Part shown: piece after piece, positions 58,807-64,000 of the stretch
Position numbering within the stretch: position 1 is the stretch's first letter
Layout: the number at the start of each line of letters is the position of its first letter
Assembly (NCBI GenBank): GCA_021816765.1
Contig: JAKAXB010000001.1
Coordinates: forward strand, 19,665 to 83,664
Direction of reading: 5' to 3'
Length of the DNA stretch: 64,000 nt
Origin: Natronospirales bacterium
GTDB lineage: Bacteria > Pseudomonadota > Gammaproteobacteria > Natronospirales > REEB76
Notes under the pieces: model-generated
What the model was told of the DNA's origin: nothing
Seen by the model: only the letters and a program-made list of their open reading frames with translations
Database searches by the model: none
Position numbers and translations under genes: made by a program

Positions 58807-60090
58807 TCATCCTTCCGCCATGCGGCTCAGTACCTCGCGTGCGGCGGCCAGGGTATCGTCAATATCCGCCTGCGTGTGTGCAGCGGAGAGGAAGCCGGCC
58901 TCGAAGGCGGAAGGCGCCAGATAGATGCCGGCAGCGAGCATGCCGTGGAAGAAGCGGCGGAAGCGTTCGCCGTCGCAGGCCATGACCTGGGTATAGCTGG
59001 ACACCGCCGGTTCGCGCGTGAAAAACAGGCCGAACATGCCGCACACGTGATTGGTGGTGAAAGGCACGCCGGTGGCAGCGGCCGCCGCGCGCAGGCCGTT
59101 GACGAGTTTCGTGGTGTGGGTTTGCAACCGCGGGTAGAAATCCGCTTCGCTGAGCAGTTCCAGCGTGGCAAGACCCGCGGCCATCGCCAGTGGATTGCCG
59201 GACAAGGTACCCGCCTGATACACGGGACCCAGCGGTGCGATTCTTTCCATGATGTCGCGCCGGCCGCCGAACGCGCCCACCGGCATGCCGCCGCCGATGA
59301 TCTTGCCGAGCGTGGTGAGATCCGGCGTGATGCCGTAGAACGCCTGGGCGCCGCCGTGCGCCACGCGGAATCCGGTCATCACTTCGTCGAAAATCAGCAC
59401 GCTGCCATGTTGTGTGCACAGTTCGCGCAGGGTTGACAAAAAACCCGCTGCCGGTGGCACGCAATTCATGTTGCCGGCCACCGGTTCCACGATCACGCAG
59501 GCGATTTCCCGGCCGTACTGCCGGAACGCCGCGCGCACGGTTTCGCCGTCGTTGTACGGCAGGGTGAGGGTAAGGGCGGCCAGCGACGCCGGCACGCCCG
59601 GCGAGGTGGGCACGCCCAGCGTCAATGCGCCGGAGCCGGCTTTCACCAGCAACGAATCGGAATGGCCGTGATAACCGCCCTCGAATTTCACAATCTTGTC
59701 GCGGCCGGTAAAGGCTCGTGCCAACCGGATGGCGCTCATGGTGGCCTCCGTGCCGGAATTCACCATGCGCACCCGTTCGATGGAAGGCATGCACTCGCAG
59801 ATGCGCCGCGCCAGTTGCGTTTCCAGTTCGGTGGGGGCGCCAAAACTCAGGCCTTTCTGCGCCGCTTCCCGCACCGCGCTCACCACCCGTGGATGGGCGT
59901 GGCCCGCCACCATGGGACCCCAGGAGCCCACGTAGTCAATGTAGCGGCGGCCGGCCGTGTCGTAGAGATAGGCGTCTTGCGCGCGTGCGATGAAAACCGG
60001 CTCGCCGCCCACGCTCATGAAGGCGCGCACCGGTGAATTGACGCCGCCGGAGATGTAACGCCGGGCTTCTGTGAACAGATTCGATGTCAC
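58807..60090 (-). CDS. hemL: Glutamate-1-semialdehyde 2,1-aminomutase
   Basis: [40 protein letters not shown]. Confidence 0.98.
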   Translation of the reverse strand: MTSNLFTEARRYISGGVNSPVRAFMSVGGEPVFIARAQDAYLYDTAGRRYIDYVGSWGPMVAGHAHPRVVSAVREAAQKGLSFGAPTELETQLARRICECMPSIERVRMVNSGTEATMSAIRLARAFTGRDKIVKFEGGYHGHSDSLLVKAGSGALTLGVPTSPGVPASLAALTLTLPYNDGETVRAAFRQYGREIACVIVEPVAGNMNCVPPAAGFLSTLRELCTQHGSVLIFDEVMTGFRVAHGGAQAFYGITPDLTTLGKIIGGGMPVGAFGGRRDIMERIAPLGPVYQAGTLSGNPLAMAAGLATLELLSEADFYPRLQTHTTKLVNGLRAAAAATGVPFTTNHVCGMFGLFFTREPAVSSYTQVMACDGERFRRFFHGMLAAGIYLAPSAFEAGFLSAAHTQADIDDTLAAAREVLSRMAEG

Positions 60091-60183
60091 GATCTCACTC
60101 CGTTTACCCTGGGCCGCCTGTGCGGGAGACAGCGATACTCGCCGCGATGGAATTCGCGTATCGCGGCCGGGCTGCGCCCGGCA

Positions 60184-60816
60184 TCATGCAAACAGTCGCG
60201 CATAACGGCGCGCCGCGGCTTCCATGTCAGCCTGTGCAAATATACCGCTGATGACCGCCAGCATGTCGGCACCGGCGCGCACCAGGGCGCCGCCGTTATC
60301 CGGCGTAATGCCGCCGATGGCGCAGACGGGCACGTTCAGTTGCTGTCGTGCGGCCTCCAATAAGGAGATCGGCGCGGGCGTGGCGTATGGTTTGCTCGGC
60401 GATGGAAAGAAACTGCCGAAGGCCACGTAGTCGGCACCCGCATGCGCGGCGGCGACGGCGCGTTCCAGCGAGGCATAGCAGGACACGCCGATGATGGAAC
60501 GCGGGCCGAGTGTGACGCGTGCTTCATGGAGTGCGGCGTCTTCCTTGCCGAGATGCACACCATCCGCGCCGATGCTTGCCGCCAGAGCCACGTCGTCATT
60601 GATGACAAGCATCACGTTGTGATTATGGCAGAGTTGCAGCAGGGCCCGCGCTTCCGTTTCGCGGCGCGGCTGATCCGGCGATTTGTCACGGTACTGCAGC
60701 AAACGTGCGCCGCCGCGGATAGCGCCTTCCACCGCCGTGAGAAGTTTCCCATCCGCTGTCAGGCTGCTGTCAGTGACGGCGTACAGACCGCGCAGCGATT
60801 GCGTATGTGCGGTCAT
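60184..60816 (-). CDS. thiE: Thiamine-phosphate synthase
   Basis: LQYRDK, INDD, GVHLG, GVSCY, AIGGI. Confidence 0.95.
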   Translation of the reverse strand: MTAHTQSLRGLYAVTDSSLTADGKLLTAVEGAIRGGARLLQYRDKSPDQPRRETEARALLQLCHNHNVMLVINDDVALAASIGADGVHLGKEDAALHEARVTLGPRSIIGVSCYASLERAVAAAHAGADYVAFGSFFPSPSKPYATPAPISLLEAARQQLNVPVCAIGGITPDNGGALVRAGADMLAVISGIFAQADMEAAARRYARLFA

Positions 60817-61607
60817 GACCGGCTCTGACGATTCGGGATCAACTGTCCTTTCCCCAATCGCCAGCCGTGGTTCAGAGTTTCCCAGGTGTAGCGTTGCGCT
60901 TCTGCGACGGCATCGCGCACGCTGTCGCCTCTGGCAAGCAATGCGGCGATGGCGGAGGCGAGGGTGCAACCGGAACCGTGGTATTCGCCCGGCAGCCGTG
61001 GCCAGGTATACGGCTGCTGCGAACCGTCATGACTGAAAAGCACGTTCTCCACATCCACGGTGTTTGCATCGGCGCCCTTGATAAGCACATGCCGGCAGCC
61101 GCGGGCGAGCAACGCCGCCGCGCGTGCTTTGGCATCAGTTCCTTGCGGCGCCAGCCGGCGGCTTTCGGCGGCGTTGGGTGTAGCTATGCCGGCAAGCGGC
61201 AACAGCTCTTCGAGGTAGATATTGACCAGCGCCGGTTCCGCCAATGCCGCGCCGCCCCCCGCCGCCAGCACCGGATCGAGTACCAGCGGAATTCTTGCAT
61301 GCACCGCAAGCATCTGTGCCAGCGCGTGGCCGATGGCGGCGCTCCCCAGGAGTCCAAGCTTGATGGCGGCTACCGGCAGGTCCGTCAGCACGGCTTGCGC
61401 TTGCCGCACAACCAGTTCCGCGGATACGGCCTCCATATACCAGGCATTCACCGTATCTTGCACGGTCAGGGCGGTCACCACAGGCGCGGGATGGCCACCC
61501 AGGGCGGTGACGGCCTGCAGGTCAGCGGCAAGACCGGCGCCGCCGCAAGGATCGTTGCCGGCGATGATGAGTACCACCGGCGGTTGGCGGGAAGCATGCA
61601 TAGACAA
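60813..61607 (-). CDS. thiD: Hydroxymethylpyrimidine/phosphomethylpyrimidine kinase
   Basis: AGNDPCGGAGLAAD, TALTVQ, LDPVL, HGSGCTLASA. Confidence 0.92.
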   Translation of the reverse strand: MSMHASRQPPVVLIIAGNDPCGGAGLAADLQAVTALGGHPAPVVTALTVQDTVNAWYMEAVSAELVVRQAQAVLTDLPVAAIKLGLLGSAAIGHALAQMLAVHARIPLVLDPVLAAGGGAALAEPALVNIYLEELLPLAGIATPNAAESRRLAPQGTDAKARAAALLARGCRHVLIKGADANTVDVENVLFSHDGSQQPYTWPRLPGEYHGSGCTLASAIAALLARGDSVRDAVAEAQRYTWETLNHGWRLGKGQLIPNRQSRS

Positions 61608-61696
61608 ATTTTAACCCCGACGGGTTCCTCTGCCGGGAGCGTCATGCGAAAATATGCACCCTTCGAGTCCCGTCATTTCTGGAATAAATTAGAAGC

Positions 61697-61897
61697 ATGA
61701 GTGCGGTCGCGCCGGTTCCGGCAAAAACCACGATGAAAGCCTATATGTGCGTCATTTGCGGGTTCGTTTACGAGGAGGCCAGGGGCCATCCCGAGAGTGG
61801 CATTCCCCCCGGCACCCGCTGGGAGGACGTGCCGCTCAACTGGCGCTGCCCGGACTGCGGGGCGGGCAAGGAAGATTTCGAGATGATCGAGATTTAG
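61697..61897 (+). CDS. Rubredoxin
   Basis: CVICGFVY...[16 protein letters not shown]. Confidence 0.93.
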   Translation: MSAVAPVPAKTTMKAYMCVICGFVYEEARGHPESGIPPGTRWEDVPLNWRCPDCGAGKEDFEMIEI

Positions 61898-62130
61898 ACC
61901 GGGTCCATCACGTTCCGCCCCGACCGTTGTCCAGCCTGCCTGCAGAAAGTCCGGCGCAGGCGGCACTGCATGCGCCAGTTCCCAGCACGCTGCCAGTGCA
62001 CGGTTGCGGTGTTTCGTGCCGCCGTCATTTGTCTTCAGATCCAATACCGCGATATCTCGTCCGGCGCAAATTCGGGGATGCGGCGCCGTGCTGTCTGCGC
62101 GGCGCAGATTTTTTTTGCCTGCCGCTGTCC

Positions 62131-62156
62131 GTGGACTTGACCCAGATCAAGTCCAC
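62131..62156. promoter_or_regulatory. FNR/Anr box upstream of ubiU
   Basis: TTGAC-N4-ATCAA at 62137-62150 inside the palindrome GTGGACTTGA-N6-TCAAGTCCAC. Confidence 0.75.
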
Positions 62157-62219
62157 CCTTCGGCGCACCGCCTAAAATCGCTCCCGCGGCATGAATTCCG
62201 CGCATGAGAAGTGAAAGAT

Positions 62220-63215
62220 ATGGAGCTTGTTGCGCCCGCCGGTAACCTGCCATCGCTCAAAGCTGCTGCGGATAACGGCGCAGACGCGGTCTACATCGGC
62301 TTGAGGAACGAGACCAATGCGCGGCATTTCCCGGGCTTGAACTTTACCGAAGAGAATATCGGCAAAGCGGTGTATTACGCACACGTGGCGGGTACCCGGG
62401 TATTCCTCGCCCTGAACACCTATGCGCAACCGCAGAGTCTGATCCGCTGGCAACGCGCCGTGGATATCGCCGCGGACGCCGGCCTGGACGCTTTGATAAT
62501 CGCCGACATCGGCGTGATGGAATATGCGGCGCAGCGCCACCCGCATCTTGCCATGCACCTTTCGGTGCAAGCTTCGGCCACCAACTGGCGGGCGCTGTCC
62601 TTCTACCAGCGGGAGTTCGGTATTCGTCGCGCGGTGCTGCCGCGGGTATTGTCCCTTGTCCAGGTGAAGCAGCTTGTGGAGAAAGCCCCGGTTGACCTTG
62701 AAGTATTCGGCTTCGGCAGCCTGTGCATCATGGCCGAAGGGCGATGCCACCTCTCCTCCTATGCCACGGGAAAATCCCCCAACCTGTATGGAGCCTGCTC
62801 GCCAGCGGATGCCGTGCGTTGGCAGCAGAAAGACGACGGCCTCGAGTCACGCCTGAACGACGTGCTCATAGACCGCTTCCAGGCCGGCGAAAACGCCGGC
62901 TATCCGACCATCTGCAAGGGGCGCTTCCGGGTGGGGAATACCGTATATAACGCGTTGGAAGAGCCCGCCAGTCTGAATACCCTGGACCTGCTGCCGGAAC
63001 TCGCACGAGCCGGCATCAAGGCGATCAAGCTTGAGGGCCGGCAACGCAGTCCGGCCTATGTAGCACAGATCACACACGTCTGGCGCAGTGCCATAGATGA
63101 GCTGCAAAAGAGTGCTGCGGGCTTCAAGGTGCGCAGCGAATGGATGGCGGCACTCGATGCCCTTTCCGAGGGTGCCCGGACCACGCTCGGCGCCTACCAT
63201 CGTCCCTGGCAATGA
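62220..63215 (+). CDS. ubiU: O2-independent ubiquinone biosynthesis protein (U32 family)
   Basis: MELVAPAGNL, HLSVQASATN, GSLCIMAEGRC, YPTICKGRF, KLEGRQRSPAYV, GAYHRPWQ. Confidence 0.93.
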   Translation: MELVAPAGNLPSLKAAADNGADAVYIGLRNETNARHFPGLNFTEENIGKAVYYAHVAGTRVFLALNTYAQPQSLIRWQRAVDIAADAGLDALIIADIGVMEYAAQRHPHLAMHLSVQASATNWRALSFYQREFGIRRAVLPRVLSLVQVKQLVEKAPVDLEVFGFGSLCIMAEGRCHLSSYATGKSPNLYGACSPADAVRWQQKDDGLESRLNDVLIDRFQAGENAGYPTICKGRFRVGNTVYNALEEPASLNTLDLLPELARAGIKAIKLEGRQRSPAYVAQITHVWRSAIDELQKSAAGFKVRSEWMAALDALSEGARTTLGAYHRPWQ

Positions 63216-64000
63216 CGGAAACCCCGCCGATGAAAATCTCCCTGGGGCCGGTGGTGTATTACTGGCAGCGCGAAATGCTGCTGGATTTCTATGAACAGAT
63301 GATCCGCCTGCCGGTGGACGTCATCTATCTCGGCGAGACGGTGTGTTCCAAGCGGCGCGCGTTGCGTACCGCGGACTGGATCGGCCTCGCCCGGCATCTC
63401 GCCGTGAATGGCAAGCAGATCGTCCTGTCCACCCTCACCCTGATCGAGGCGGAGTCCGAGATCAGTACGCTCACCCGCCTGTGCAACAACGGCGAACTGC
63501 TGGTGGAAGCCAACGACATGGCGGCAGTGCAGTTGCTGGCTGAAAAGCACCTGCCTTTTGTCGTCGGGCCGGCGATCAATATCTACAACGCGCATGCCCT
63601 GCGATATCTGCATGAACGCGGCATGACCCGCTGGGTGGCGCCCCTGGAACTGTCCGGAGAAATACTCGGGAATATCCTGCGGCAGGCCGCCGAGCTTGGT
63701 TTTGCAGACAAGATCGAGGTGGAAATCTTCAGCTTCGGTCGCATGCCGCTCGCCCATTCGGCACGTTGCTTCACCGCACGTGCGCATAATCTGCCGAAGG
63801 ACGATTGCGGTTTCGTGTGCGTCAACTATCCGGATGGCTTGCCCATGCATACACAGGAGGGTCAGCGTTTTCTCACACTGAACGGAATTCAGACGCAGTC
63901 CGGAGACGTACTGAACCTTCTTTCCGTGTGGCGGGACATGCAGGCGCTCGGTGTGAAGATCATGCGTATCAGCCCGCAGTCGCGTCACATGAGGGAAATC
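63212..64000 (+). CDS. ubiV: O2-independent ubiquinone biosynthesis protein (partial, runs off the window)
   Basis: Read by hand: MKISLGPVVYYW...IYLGETVCSKRR...VEAND...PLAHSARCFTAR...NGIQTQS; ATGA overlap with ubiU. Confidence 0.92.
   Translation, partial: MTETPPMKISLGPVVYYWQREMLLDFYEQMIRLPVDVIYLGETVCSKRRALRTADWIGLARHLAVNGKQIVLSTLTLIEAESEISTLTRLCNNGELLVEANDMAAVQLLAEKHLPFVVGPAINIYNAHALRYLHERGMTRWVAPLELSGEILGNILRQAAELGFADKIEVEIFSFGRMPLAHSARCFTARAHNLPKDDCGFVCVNYPDGLPMHTQEGQRFLTLNGIQTQSGDVLNLLSVWRDMQALGVKIMRISPQSRHMREI

Overview
High-GC gammaproteobacterial chromosome segment. Conserved housekeeping blocks (LPS core/lipid A genes, tolC, TPP riboswitch-thiC on the left; hppA-pfp, adk, rnd, mpl-ubiX, hemL-thiE-thiD, rubredoxin, ubiUV on the right) flank a ~36 kb accessory patchwork (13.2-49.3 kb). 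The window opens in an Rhs polymorphic-toxin locus: an NAD-utilising-like toxin tip with a small immunity gene, then an orphan Rhs core cut by IS relics. The accessory region holds five toxin-antitoxin loci, an ECF sigma/anti-sigma module with a promoter motif found three times, and a sulfur cluster (persulfide dioxygenase, rhodaneses, ArsR-rhodanese, RND efflux, DsrE, DoxDA, cytochrome bd). It also holds a low-GC island: a GHKL-type ATPase and two translationally coupled unknown genes converge on a Dcm-Vsr pair, with a vapBC module on each side. This island is the best candidate for an undescribed DNA-methylation-linked defence system. All family calls come from motif recognition by eye, without database searches. 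No rRNA, tRNA or CRISPR array was seen.
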